This document shows positions 9,597 through 19,073 of a DNA stretch of 25,606 bases, in pieces. The DNA is from a virus. Taxonomy: Duplodnaviria; Heunggongvirae; Uroviricota; Caudoviricetes. The translations under genes and the position numbers were made by a program. Position 1 is the stretch's first letter; each line of letters opens with the position of its first letter. The notes below the pieces were generated by a model, which was not told the origin of the DNA, ran no database searches, and saw nothing but the letters and a program-made list of their open reading frames with translations. The stretch lies in IMG/VR virus record IMGVR_UViG_648276669_000005, positions 1 to 25,606 of that record; one strand, 5' to 3'.

Positions 9597-11489
9597 ATGA
9601 ACAATACGTACATCAAAGACTATATAGAATATTACCTTAGCCTTACAACTGAACCTCAATACGCCATTATGCTTAAAGGTGCTTGGGGATCAGGTAAAAC
9701 TTGGTTCATTGAACAAGTTCTTGAAGAATATAAGCAGAAGAATTCAGAGTTTAAATTTCTAAAAGTGAGTTTGTATGGCGTCAACTCTATTAAGCAGATT
9801 GAAGATGAGTTCTATCGTCAACTTCATCCTGTCCTATCAAACAAAGCCCTTATCTTTGGTGCAAATGTACTAAAAAATACGCTTAAGGCTACTTTCAAGA
9901 TCGATCTCAATGGCGATAATAAATCTGACGTTGATGTCAATACCAATGTTCCCACCATTAATCTTAACGATTTTAGTAGAAAACCAGATGGTTTTGTGCT
10001 GGTCTTTGATGATATCGAGAGAGCTGGTATAGATTTACCAATTTTATTTGGATATATAAACCACTTTGTAGAAGTAAACGGATACAAAGCGATCTTGGTT
10101 GCCAATGAAGAAGAAATAATCAATAGAGAAAAGCGAATAAATAATGATGATGAGAAATCTAGCAGCGAATATATGAGAACAAAAGAAAAGCTTGTTGGTA
10201 AAACATTTGAAGTAACGTCAGATTTACATAGTGCTTGTAATGTTTTTTTGGGCGTAATTAGCAGTTTACACGTTGCTAATATATTTAAAGAAGATATGCA
10301 GGCCATAGAAGACATCTATGTGTCGGCGAAATATAATAATCTAAGACACTTGAGGCAGTTCTTTCTTGATGTACAACGCATCATTTCCCTTTTGGGAAAT
10401 AAATATGTCAGCAACGACGATTTTATGAGGGTATTTTTCCAGCAGTTGTTAATTTTCTCGATAGAGTACCGGGGAGGGAACCTTAACTACGAGGATTTCG
10501 ATTCAATCAGCAATGTTAATTATGGTATGTTTTTAGGTAAAGAGCGTACCAAAACTAAGTATGACATGATCGCCGAGAAATATTCATCTCCTGTATTAAC
10601 CGAGAAGTTACTGGATGGTGCGTACTGGAGGGAGCTAATCTGTGATGGAAAGGTAACGAGTGAACTTCTCGCTCAGTTGGATATTACGCGATTTTTTAGA
10701 AGCACCGATGCCCAAGCATGGGAGTATTTGTGGAACTATCGAGAACTTAATGAAACTATGCTTAATGAGCAGTACGCCATTGCCAAGGATAATCTATTTT
10801 CAGGTAAGATCACTTCCTTAGGTGAACTCCTGATGACCGCGAGTATTTTGCTGGACATGGCGAAAGAAGGTCTAACAACAGATGATGTTCATGATCTCAT
10901 AAATGAGACAAAACAGAATATAAATAATTATTATAATAGACTTAGAGCTGAAGATATACATAAGGAATATGCGCAAACGCATTATAACGAATTAAGGGCA
11001 TGGCGTGGCTTTGGTTTTCTTGACAGGGATAGCGATGAATTCAAACTCATTATTGAGCATATTGAGATAGCGAAGAAGAAACGGTTTGATGAATCAATTC
11101 CGGAATTTGCGTTGCAGTTCAGCGATGAGTTGCAAAGGGGAAACTTATCGTTTGTATCTGAATTGAGTCATTCTAATAATAGGCAGTTAAATCTTCATAA
11201 CGTGCCTTTTTTACACTTGGTTCCTCCTGAAGTTTTCATTGAAAGCTATAGGAAACTTGACCCAGTCCTCATGAGGAAACTGGCATTTAGCTTGCGGAAT
11301 CGTTATTCTGATGGGGATGCTAGAACCAGACTGACCGAAGAATACAACTGGTTGATTAACCTAAAAGAGATAGCTGTAGATTTCACTCAAAACGCAGCCA
11401 ATAACTCCTTTCAGGTTTTTCACGTAAAGTTTTTTATTGACTATGTACTAACTAGCGCAATCAAATTCTTTACTGAGGGAACTGATTAA
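9597..11489 (+). CDS. KAP-family-like P-loop NTPase, 630 aa (hotspot cargo; candidate defence protein)
   Basis: Walker A GAWGSGKT (KAP-type Trp), Walker B VLVFDDIERAG, large C-terminal region without recognisable motifs. First ATG at 9597; track start 9546 is TTG. AT-rich. Confidence 0.6.
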   Translation: MNNTYIKDYIEYYLSLTTEPQYAIMLKGAWGSGKTWFIEQVLEEYKQKNSEFKFLKVSLYGVNSIKQIEDEFYRQLHPVLSNKALIFGANVLKNTLKATFKIDLNGDNKSDVDVNTNVPTINLNDFSRKPDGFVLVFDDIERAGIDLPILFGYINHFVEVNGYKAILVANEEEIINREKRINNDDEKSSSEYMRTKEKLVGKTFEVTSDLHSACNVFLGVISSLHVANIFKEDMQAIEDIYVSAKYNNLRHLRQFFLDVQRIISLLGNKYVSNDDFMRVFFQQLLIFSIEYRGGNLNYEDFDSISNVNYGMFLGKERTKTKYDMIAEKYSSPVLTEKLLDGAYWRELICDGKVTSELLAQLDITRFFRSTDAQAWEYLWNYRELNETMLNEQYAIAKDNLFSGKITSLGELLMTASILLDMAKEGLTTDDVHDLINETKQNINNYYNRLRAEDIHKEYAQTHYNELRAWRGFGFLDRDSDEFKLIIEHIEIAKKKRFDESIPEFALQFSDELQRGNLSFVSELSHSNNRQLNLHNVPFLHLVPPEVFIESYRKLDPVLMRKLAFSLRNRYSDGDARTRLTEEYNWLINLKEIAVDFTQNAANNSFQVFHVKFFIDYVLTSAIKFFTEGTD

Positions 11490-11553
11490 CTTTTTGTTGA
11501 TTAACATAGGCAATATTATTAGAAGTACTAGGGATAGTCAGTAAAATTATTAA

Positions 11554-11590
11554 CGTCCGCTTCGCTCAAAGCGGACTTTGTGCTTTATAA
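11554..11590 (+). terminator. rho-independent terminator after the NTPase gene
   Basis: gtccgctt-cgctca-aagcggac perfect 8-bp stem-loop followed by tttgtgcttt. Confidence 0.55.
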
Positions 11591-11774
11591 AAACGAGAGT
11601 TTTGTTTTTCAAGCGGTCATTCGGTTACGGGATTTCACTTCCCCCGTAAGTGCATGACTATGCCGCATGAGATCGCATGATCGTTTGCGGATCGTTTTTG
11701 CTAAGGCACGCCAGAACTGGTGGGATTTTGCGTAGATCATGCGCCTGCATGAAAACCGCTACATAAAGCGGGCA

Positions 11775-11793
11775 GGCGTGGCGGGGATACGAG
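11775..11793. other. candidate cos site (cohesive-end sequence of P2/186-type phage)
   Basis: ggcgtggcggggatacgag followed by cgcgcgct; closely resembles my recollection of the P2/186 19-nt cohesive ends (GGCG[A/T]GGCGGGGAAAGCA[C/T]) followed by a GCGCGC element. From memory only. Confidence 0.4.
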
Positions 11794-11919
11794 CGCGCGC
11801 TTAAGGATGAATTGAAGTTGATTTAATTTTTCGACATGGATAATCTTAACTACGTATGATTATTGATAAAAAATAAACATAAACAATTGTAGCGGATCTT
11901 AAAACTTATTAGGATTAGT

Positions 11920-12975
11920 ATGCTTAAAACAAATAAGGTATTTATTGACACACAAACGTACGTAAAGGCTGGTCTTCATTTTGAGGGGGTAGCATTTAAA
12001 GCTTTCCATGAATTATGTGCGAAAGGTGATTTAGTCTTAATTACAACTACAGTTGTAGAGAGAGAAGTAAAAGGTAAAATAGAGGAATCAATAAAGGATG
12101 CTCTGCAGGCTATAAACACAGTACAAAGAAAAGCTAGGCTTTTGAATAGTATTGATAATGGACCGCTCCATGGTTTTTTTCAGCAATTTAACGAACATGA
12201 AATTCACGAAGCAGCACAAAAAGTTTTTGATGATTTTTTGAAAGGATGTCACGCCAAATTAGCTACAATAGAAGTGATAGATCTTAATGAGGTTTTAGAT
12301 AAATACTTTGGCAAAGAACCACCATTTGGGCAAAATAAGAAAAAAAGTGAGTTTCCTGATGCAATCACTTTAGCTGCGGTAGAGCGATTTGTTAATGATG
12401 AAGATGTGTATATCATTTCTGAGGATAGTGACTTAAAAAATTATTGTGATGGTAAAAACAATCTTCATCAAATTGATTCACTTGATAAGTTTCTAGGTGA
12501 ATACAATACGCATACAAACGAATTAAGTAATAAATTGATGCAGTTTATCGAAAGCAAACGTGAAGACATAAGAGCGGACGTAATTGCCCAACTCAATGAT
12601 GCCGATGGATATAACGTTTCAACTTGGGAAGACGCTGAATTGGATTCATTTGAAGTCGTCAATATTGATGACTTTGAACCATCAATAATTAAGATTGACA
12701 ATAATTATTGTCTAGCGACCTTCTCTGTTTCTGTAGATTTTGAAGTTACTGTTTCTGGTCCAGACTTTAATAATGGGTATTGGGATAGCGAAGATAAAGT
12801 AATGATTCCAATGGAGACAACCACACGAACTGAAGTTCAAGAGATTAGTTTCGATATTGAAATTGAAGTTATGTATGAAATCGAGGATGGTGAATTAACA
12901 GATATCGCATTTGATGTGAATATTGATAAGTTATCCCGAGGGATTGAGTTCTCTATTGAAGAAAATAATTTTTAA
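11920..12975 (+). CDS. hypothetical protein with N-terminal PIN-like nuclease fold and acidic C-terminal domain (cargo)
   Basis: 351 aa; N-terminus KVFIDTQTYV (PIN motif-1-like hhhDT), VVEREV, later DAITLAAVERFVNDEDVYIISEDSDL giving the spaced acidic residues of PIN domains; C-terminal third very D/E-rich. AT-rich with own AT-rich upstream region. Confidence 0.45.
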   Translation: MLKTNKVFIDTQTYVKAGLHFEGVAFKAFHELCAKGDLVLITTTVVEREVKGKIEESIKDALQAINTVQRKARLLNSIDNGPLHGFFQQFNEHEIHEAAQKVFDDFLKGCHAKLATIEVIDLNEVLDKYFGKEPPFGQNKKKSEFPDAITLAAVERFVNDEDVYIISEDSDLKNYCDGKNNLHQIDSLDKFLGEYNTHTNELSNKLMQFIESKREDIRADVIAQLNDADGYNVSTWEDAELDSFEVVNIDDFEPSIIKIDNNYCLATFSVSVDFEVTVSGPDFNNGYWDSEDKVMIPMETTTRTEVQEISFDIEIEVMYEIEDGELTDIAFDVNIDKLSRGIEFSIEENNF

Positions 12976-12993
12976 TATTAATTCGTTCATAAC

Positions 12994-13020
12994 GGCATCA
13001 TTGTGATGCCATTGGGTTTT
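12994..13020 (+). terminator. stem-loop terminator between convergent PIN-like gene and Q
   Basis: ggcatca-ttg-tgatgcc perfect 7-bp hairpin followed by attgggtttt. Confidence 0.45.
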
Positions 13021-14044
13021 ATAATGTATATATTTCAAAATTTATAATTTCATGACCAAGCCATCTGTTTATTTCCATGAATCTTTTTTGAAGTGGTAAT
13101 AGTTCATTTCTTACGAAGACGCAGCTCGCCTTCTCCACATCACCAAAACCCCCAACATTATTCGGCAAAATTCCCATCATCTGAGGCGGTACGCGGTGTG
13201 CCGCCATCATGTCATCACGGCTGACGTTCTTGATGTTCAGAAATTCATCCTTCGCCGCGACTTCTGACAACGGGATGATCTGAAGCCCGTCCTTTTTGCC
13301 GTTAGGCGAGTACATAAACAGGTTGCGGAAGTTGCCAGGGCCTTTGGCGCTTTTCATCGCATTGCGGAGGTTGTTCACATCCTCCTGGTTCTGCGCGGCA
13401 TCGGTCATGTACATGATGAAGCCTGCATGGCTGCCGTTAATGTAATACTTCCGGCGGAACAGCGTGGCGGACTCGTTGAGCAGGGCTGACGGAATGGCAG
13501 AAAGATAACCTGGTAGGCCGTAGATCTCCTGGTTGATGTCAGGTTCCATCAGATGAAAAATGCTGCCTTTCGTGAACTGATACGGCTGGGTTGTCATACC
13601 GTATTGCACAAACCAGTAGGTATCCAGGTCTAACCCGCGTCGGGTGTATTTTGCCAGCGCAGGCTCAAGGGCGATAACTTCACCGAAGCGGTTCGTGCGT
13701 TTCTCCAGGTAGGCGTTACCAAATACCAGGTAGTCCTGCACAAAACGTGAAAAAGCCTGCTGACTGAGCAGCGGGTGAGGGATATAGGTACTGGTCAGAA
13801 TGTTGCACTTTACTGCAATCGGGGAACTGTGATGCACGGCAGCGCGGAAGGTGCGCGCCAGTCCGTCAAAGCTGACGGGCGGCTCATACCAACGGTCCAT
13901 CTGTACGCATTCCACATAGTCCAGTAATTCTCGGCGGTCCAGAACAGGAACGGGATCGCCGAAGCTGAATGCTTCGGCTGTAGTTTGACTTTTAAGCTGG
14001 ATCTGATTCGTCGCCGCAGCGCGGTTCTTCTTACTCTTTCCCAT
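13019..14044 (-). CDS. Q: portal protein gpQ
   Basis: 341 aa, matching P2 Q (about 344 aa) in size and position, convergent with hotspot and upstream of terminase; ATG 14044 overlaps P stop. Confidence 0.85.
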   Translation of the reverse strand: MGKSKKNRAAATNQIQLKSQTTAEAFSFGDPVPVLDRRELLDYVECVQMDRWYEPPVSFDGLARTFRAAVHHSSPIAVKCNILTSTYIPHPLLSQQAFSRFVQDYLVFGNAYLEKRTNRFGEVIALEPALAKYTRRGLDLDTYWFVQYGMTTQPYQFTKGSIFHLMEPDINQEIYGLPGYLSAIPSALLNESATLFRRKYYINGSHAGFIMYMTDAAQNQEDVNNLRNAMKSAKGPGNFRNLFMYSPNGKKDGLQIIPLSEVAAKDEFLNIKNVSRDDMMAAHRVPPQMMGILPNNVGGFGDVEKASCVFVRNELLPLQKRFMEINRWLGHEIINFEIYTL

Positions 14045-15808
14045 CAAAAAATCTCCACAATATTGCTGGCATTGGCGGATTCGCCCTGCAGCGGTTCGTT
14101 AAACAGTGCGTGCATCGTTGCCCAGGCCAGATCGGCGTGGCTGGCTTCTTCGCTGCGGCTGGCTTCATAGGTCGGGCGGTTGCCGCTGGCGGTGGTAGCG
14201 CGACGGATTGCCATAAATGATTGCGCAATGTCGGTGTGCCCGGCGTCAAACTCCAGACGGCGGTGGCTGATAATGTCGTAGGCCTTGAGCACCAGGGCGT
14301 TTTTAACGTTGGGGTTGTAGACAAACTCCCGGACGGCAGGAAAGAATGCTTTCACGTTCTCGTAAACCCCGTGACCAACGCCGGTTGAGTCGATACCGAT
14401 ATAAGTCACGTTGTACTGTTCGGTCAGTTTTTTGATGGCGTCAGCCTGAGCGCGGAAGTCCATCCCGCGCCACTGGTGACGCTCAAGAATGCGGAATTTA
14501 CCGCCCGGTACGGCTGGCGGTGCCACCACCACGCATCCGGCACTGTCGCCGTTCTGAGTACCTTTTGCGGGGTCATAACCGATCCATACTTCGCGCCAGC
14601 CAAACGGGCGCAGGGCCAGTGCATGAAAGTCGGTCCAGACTTCCCAACTGTCCACCATGCACGCCTGCAGTTCGCTGAGCGGGAACACGGACGCGAGATC
14701 GTCCACGAACTCACACATCAGCAGGTTCTGGTATTCGTCCGGGCTGTATTCCATGCGCAACTGGTCAAGGTCGAACAGGTTACAGCCGCCGCGCACCGCA
14801 TCTTCCACGGTGACTATCTGGCGGTATTGTCCGTCTGCGCACAGCAGGCCGGGGGCCAGATTGCTGTGGGACAGGTCGATGTCCACCTTATCGGCTTTGT
14901 TGCGCCCACGGTTGAACAGCGCACCGGACCAGAACGGATAAGCACTGTGTGTCAGGCTGGATGGCGTGGAAAAATAGGTCTGTCGCCATTTTTTGTGAAT
15001 AGCCATACCGGAAGCCACTTTGCGCAGCTCCTGGAATTTCGGTATCCAGAAATATTCATCCAGATACAGGTTGCCGTGATAACTCTGGGCCGTGCGGGCA
15101 TTGGTGCCGAGGAAGTAAAGCGTGGCCCCGTTAGGAAGCACCATCGGATCGCCTTTCAGCTCCACCTCCACTTCTTTAGCGAAGTCGATGATGTACTGCT
15201 TAAAGACGTGGGCCTGTGCCTTGCTGGCGGAAAGGAAAATCTGGTTACGTCCGGTAAGCAGAGCGTCAATCAGGGCTTCACGGGCAAAGTAAAAGGTCGC
15301 GCCGATCTGGCGTGACTTCAGCAGGTTGCGGATGCGGTTGGTTTTTCCGGCTTCCCACCAGTGGCGCTGGTAGTTGAACATGGAGGAATGGAAGATTTCT
15401 TCCAGCTTCTCAATCTGCTCATCGGTGAAAACATTCTTTTCCGGCTGACGGCGCGGGCCTTTGTTGCGGTTGGCGACGTTAGGGTTTAAGTCGGCTTCGT
15501 TGCCGCCATTGTTAAACTTGCCGATCCGCGCGTGGCGTTCCGACTGGCGCGCCAGCAGGTCAATCTCTTTGAAATCTTTCCCTTCTTTGTGCTCCTTCAT
15601 AATGAGCTGGCAGTAGCGTGCGGCGGTGGTGAGCTGCATCTGATCCAGCGGCCCATAGTCACCCCACTGCGCGTTTTTTCCAGCTGTGAACGGTTGCAAC
15701 TTTCTCGCCCAGCATTTCAGCAATGCGGGCTACGCGGTATCCCTGAAAGTACAGCAGCATGGCCTGCCGACGGGGATCGAGATCTGCGGGTGTCAGTGTG
15801 GTGTTCAT
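14044..15808 (-). pseudogene. P: terminase large (ATPase) subunit gpP with apparent +1 frameshift near 15674-15679
   Basis: Frame A from ATG 15808 encodes MNTTLTPADLDPRRQAMLLYFQGYRVARIAEMLGEKVATVHSWKKR, matching recalled P2 gpP N-terminus, then stops; frame B (ORF 14044-15723) carries the remaining 559 aa. Frames switch at an A6 run (T6 on plus strand). Could be a sequencing error. Confidence 0.8.
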
Positions 15809-15854
15809 GGAACAAACCTACAGCCTTGAATGAAGGCTTTCCCCGCCTGCGGTT

Positions 15855-15872
15855 TGTGTGGTTGTCGGTACA
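15855..15872 (+). promoter_or_regulatory. late-promoter activator (Ogr/Delta-type) site, TGT-N12-ACA, upstream of O
   Basis: tgtgtggttgtcggtaca in the P/O divergent intergenic region, centre about 85 nt upstream of O ATG, as expected for a site centred near -55. Confidence 0.45.
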
Positions 15873-15950
15873 AATACCGCGCATTGTTTCACTGCCCCTA
15901 TCACCGCAACCATAAGGCTCCAGTAAGTTTTTTCTAACGGAGCACGGCTC

Positions 15951-16784
15951 ATGACAGTGAAAGCAAAGCGTTTTCGCATCGGGGTGGAAGGTGCCACCAC
16001 CGACGGACGCGAAATCCAGCGTGAATGGCTGGAACAGATGGCAGCCAGCTACAACCCGGCGGTGTATACCGCGCTGATTAACCTTGAGCACATCAAGTCT
16101 TATCTTCCGGACAGCACCTTTAACCGCTACGGCAAGGTGACGGCGCTGTTTGCTGAAGAAATCACGGAAGGTCCGCTGGCAGGCAAGATGGCGCTGTATG
16201 CCGACGTTGAGCCAACGGAGTCCCTGGTGGAACTGGTGAAAAAAGGCCAGAAATTATTCACCTCTATGGAAGTCAGCCCGAAGTTTGCTGATACGGGCAA
16301 AGCCTACCTGGTCGGCCTGGCTGCCACTGATGACCCTGCCAGTCTGGGCACTGAAATGCTGACATTCAGCGCCAGTGCAGCCCATAACCCGCTGGCAAAC
16401 CGCAAGCAGAATCCCGCCAATCTTTTTACCGCTGCAGAGGAAACGGTGATCGAACTGGAAGAAATCCAGGATGACAAACCGTCCCTGTTTGCCCGTGTCA
16501 CGGCGCTGTTCACCAAAAAAGAGCAGTCCGATGACGCCCGGTTCTCTGATGTGCATAAGGCCGTGGAACTGGTCGCCACTGAGCAGCAGAACCTGAGTGC
16601 GCGCACCGAAAAATCCCTGTCTGAGCAGGAAGAACGCCTGTCTGAGCTGGAGACTGCCCTGCAGGCACAGCAGACCGCCTTTAACGAACTGGTGGACAAG
16701 CTGAGCCATGAAGACAGCCGCCAGGACTACCGCCAGCGTGCAACAGGCGGTAACGCCCCCGCTGACACTCTGACCAATTGCTGA
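15951..16784 (+). CDS. O: capsid scaffolding protein gpO
   Basis: 277 aa; RFRIGVEG.T.DGR, INLEH, TSMEV.P.FA.TGK.YLVGLA.TDDPASLGTE, NPL, SDDARF.DVH and C-terminal ATGG...TNC all parallel P2 gpO as recalled. Confidence 0.9.
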   Translation: MTVKAKRFRIGVEGATTDGREIQREWLEQMAASYNPAVYTALINLEHIKSYLPDSTFNRYGKVTALFAEEITEGPLAGKMALYADVEPTESLVELVKKGQKLFTSMEVSPKFADTGKAYLVGLAATDDPASLGTEMLTFSASAAHNPLANRKQNPANLFTAAEETVIELEEIQDDKPSLFARVTALFTKKEQSDDARFSDVHKAVELVATEQQNLSARTEKSLSEQEERLSELETALQAQQTAFNELVDKLSHEDSRQDYRQRATGGNAPADTLTNC

Positions 16785-16800
16785 TGGAGCACAAAACCTG

Positions 16801-17859
16801 ATGAAGAAGAATACCCGCTTTGCTTTTAACGCTTACCTGCAGCAACTGGCGCGTCTGAACGGTGTGGCAGTTGAAGAACTGTCCAGCAAGTTCACCGTAG
16901 AGCCGTCCGTGCAGCAGACATTGGAAGACCAGATCCAGCAGTCCGCCGCTTTCCTGACGCTGATTAACGTCACGCCAGTGACTGAGCAGTCCGGTCAGCT
17001 GCTGGGGTTGGGAGTTGGCAGCACCATTGCCGGAACCACTGATACCACCGCGAAAGAGCGTGAACCTGTCGATCCGACGCTGATGGTCGATGTGGAATAT
17101 AAATGCGAGCAGACCAACTTTGACACGGTACTGACCTACGCGAAGCTGGACCTGTGGGCGAAGTTTCAGGATTTTCAGGTGCGTATCCGTGACGCCATCG
17201 TGAAACGTCAGGCACTGGACCGCATCATGATCGGCTTTAACGGCGTGAAGCGTGCGAAAACCTCCAACCGTAGCGAAAACCCGCTACTGCAGGATGTGAA
17301 TAAAGGCTGGCTGCAGAAAATCCGTGAGGATGCACCGGATCACGTCATGGGCAGCACCACCACGGGCGGTGAAACCACACCGGGTGCGGTGAAAGTCGGG
17401 AAAGGTGGCGAATATGCCAACCTGGACGCCGTAGTGATGGATGCCGTCAATGAGCTTATCGATGTGGTCTACCAGGACGATGACGATCTGGTGGTGATTT
17501 GCGGTCGTGAACTGCTGTCTGACAAGTATTTCCCGCTGGTCAACAAAGAGCAGGAAAACAGTGAAAAACTGGCTGCCGATATGATCATCAGTCAGAAACG
17601 CATGGGTGGCCTGCAGGCCGTACGTGCGCCGTTCTTCCCGCCGAATGCGCTGCTGATCACCCGTCTGGATAACCTGTCCATCTACTGGCAGGAAGACACC
17701 CGCCGCCGTTCGGTTATCGACAACCCGAAACGTGACCGGATTGAAAATTTTGAATCCGTTAACGAAGCCTACGTGGTTGAGGACTACCGCTGCGCCGCAC
17801 TGGTGGAAAACATCCAGATTGGCGACTTCAGCGCCGCCGCAGCAGAAGCCGGAGCGTAA
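16801..17859 (+). CDS. N: major capsid protein gpN
   Basis: 352 aa (P2 N about 357 aa), directly after O in canonical order. Confidence 0.85.
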   Translation: MKKNTRFAFNAYLQQLARLNGVAVEELSSKFTVEPSVQQTLEDQIQQSAAFLTLINVTPVTEQSGQLLGLGVGSTIAGTTDTTAKEREPVDPTLMVDVEYKCEQTNFDTVLTYAKLDLWAKFQDFQVRIRDAIVKRQALDRIMIGFNGVKRAKTSNRSENPLLQDVNKGWLQKIREDAPDHVMGSTTTGGETTPGAVKVGKGGEYANLDAVVMDAVNELIDVVYQDDDDLVVICGRELLSDKYFPLVNKEQENSEKLAADMIISQKRMGGLQAVRAPFFPPNALLITRLDNLSIYWQEDTRRRSVIDNPKRDRIENFESVNEAYVVEDYRCAALVENIQIGDFSAAAAEAGA

Positions 17860-17862
17860 ACC

Positions 17863-18513
17863 ATGAGCCTGAGTCCCGCACGGCAGCATCGCCTGCGCGT
17901 TCAGGCTGAACAGGCCGCCCGCGAGGGCGGCAGCGTTCGCCACGCGTCGGGCTATGACCTGATGCTGCTGCAACTGGCGGAAGACCGCCGCCGTCTCAAG
18001 GGCGTTCAGTCCACGGTCAAAAAAGCGGAAATCAAGGTGGAGCTGCTGCCGAAGTACGCTGCCTGGGCGGAGGGTGTCCTGGCTGCCGGAGGCGCTCAAC
18101 AGGATGACGTGCTGATGTACGTGATGCTGTGGCGCATTGATGCCGGAGATTATGCCGGGGCGCTGGAGATCGGGCGTCATGCCCTGCGTCATGGCTGGGT
18201 GATGCCGCTGGGTAACCGCAACGTGCAGACCGTGCTGGCAGAGGAAATGGCAGACGCCGCGCAGAGCGCAATGCTTGCCGCCATCGGCTTTGATGCCGAT
18301 CTGTTGCTGCAGACACTGGAGCTGACAGACGGTCTGGATATGCCGGACCAGTCACGGGCGCGTCTGCATAAAGCGATTGGCGCTGTCCTGAGTGAAAGCA
18401 ATCCGGCTTCCGCCCTTAATCATCTCAACCATGCGTTACAGCTCGATCCCCGCTGTGGCGTGAAAAAAGACAAACAGCAGCTGGAGCGCAGACTGCGCAA
18501 TGACAGCCGCTGA
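17863..18513 (+). CDS. M: terminase small (endonuclease) subunit gpM
   Basis: 216 aa, Arg-rich N-terminus, follows N as in P2. Confidence 0.8.
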   Translation: MSLSPARQHRLRVQAEQAAREGGSVRHASGYDLMLLQLAEDRRRLKGVQSTVKKAEIKVELLPKYAAWAEGVLAAGGAQQDDVLMYVMLWRIDAGDYAGALEIGRHALRHGWVMPLGNRNVQTVLAEEMADAAQSAMLAAIGFDADLLLQTLELTDGLDMPDQSRARLHKAIGAVLSESNPASALNHLNHALQLDPRCGVKKDKQQLERRLRNDSR

Positions 18514-18608
18514 CAGAACGTGCCCCCGCGCACGGGCGGCACGGGGTGGCGAAAGGCATAGCCACATCAAAACCCCGTCCACCGCCCTCTATTTCAGGAG
18601 GAAGCAGC

Positions 18609-19073
18609 ATGAAGTTTGTTGCGCCAGAACAGGCACCGGAACAGGCGGAAATCATCAGAAATACGCCGTTCTGGCCTGATGTGGACCTGTCGGAGTTTCG
18701 CAGCGTGATGCGCACTGACGGCACGGTGACGCAGCCGCGTTTAAAGCAGGTTGCGCTGTCGGCAATTTCGGAGGTCAACGCAGAGCTGTATGAGTTTCGC
18801 AGACGCCAGCAGATGCTGGGGTATGTCTCGCTGGCAGAGGTTCCTGCAGAACAGCTGGACGGGAAAAGTGAGCGCATTCAGCACTATTTCAACGCGGTTT
18901 ACTGCTGGGCACGCGCCATGCTCAACGAACGTTACCAGGACTATGACGCCACGGCATCCGGTGTGAAGCGGGGCGAGGAACTGGCGGAAGCCAGCGGTGA
19001 TTTATGGCGTGACGCCCGCTGGGCCATCAGCCGGGTGCAGGACGCGCCGCACTGCACAGTGGAGCTTATCTGA
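18609..19073 (+). CDS. L: head completion/stabilisation protein gpL
   Basis: 154 aa from ATG 18609 with AGGAGG RBS; position after M as in P2. Confidence 0.75.
   Translation: MKFVAPEQAPEQAEIIRNTPFWPDVDLSEFRSVMRTDGTVTQPRLKQVALSAISEVNAELYEFRRRQQMLGYVSLAEVPAEQLDGKSERIQHYFNAVYCWARAMLNERYQDYDATASGVKRGEELAEASGDLWRDARWAISRVQDAPHCTVELI

Noticed and set aside
9824-10315. 163-aa minus-strand ORF inside the 647-aa NTPase gene, and 9031-9393 minus ORF over the DinI-like gene
   Set aside because: Ser/Leu-rich low-complexity translations of AT-rich antisense sequence; no start-site signals.
14476-15315. 279-aa ORF on the plus strand, plus many other 60-300-aa ORFs antisense to late genes (e.g. 16254-16709, 17284-18192, 18032-18355, 21234-21791, 23117-23539)
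   Set aside because: All lie opposite well-supported structural genes in GC-rich DNA, where long antisense ORFs arise by chance; products are Arg/Ala/Cys-rich and low-complexity, with no RBS or conserved motifs.
15717-16091. 124-aa minus-strand ORF spanning the P/O promoter region
   Set aside because: Runs through the divergent late-promoter region and the O start; its apparent existence is a by-product of the terminase frameshift. The true terminase N-terminus is in another frame starting at 15808.
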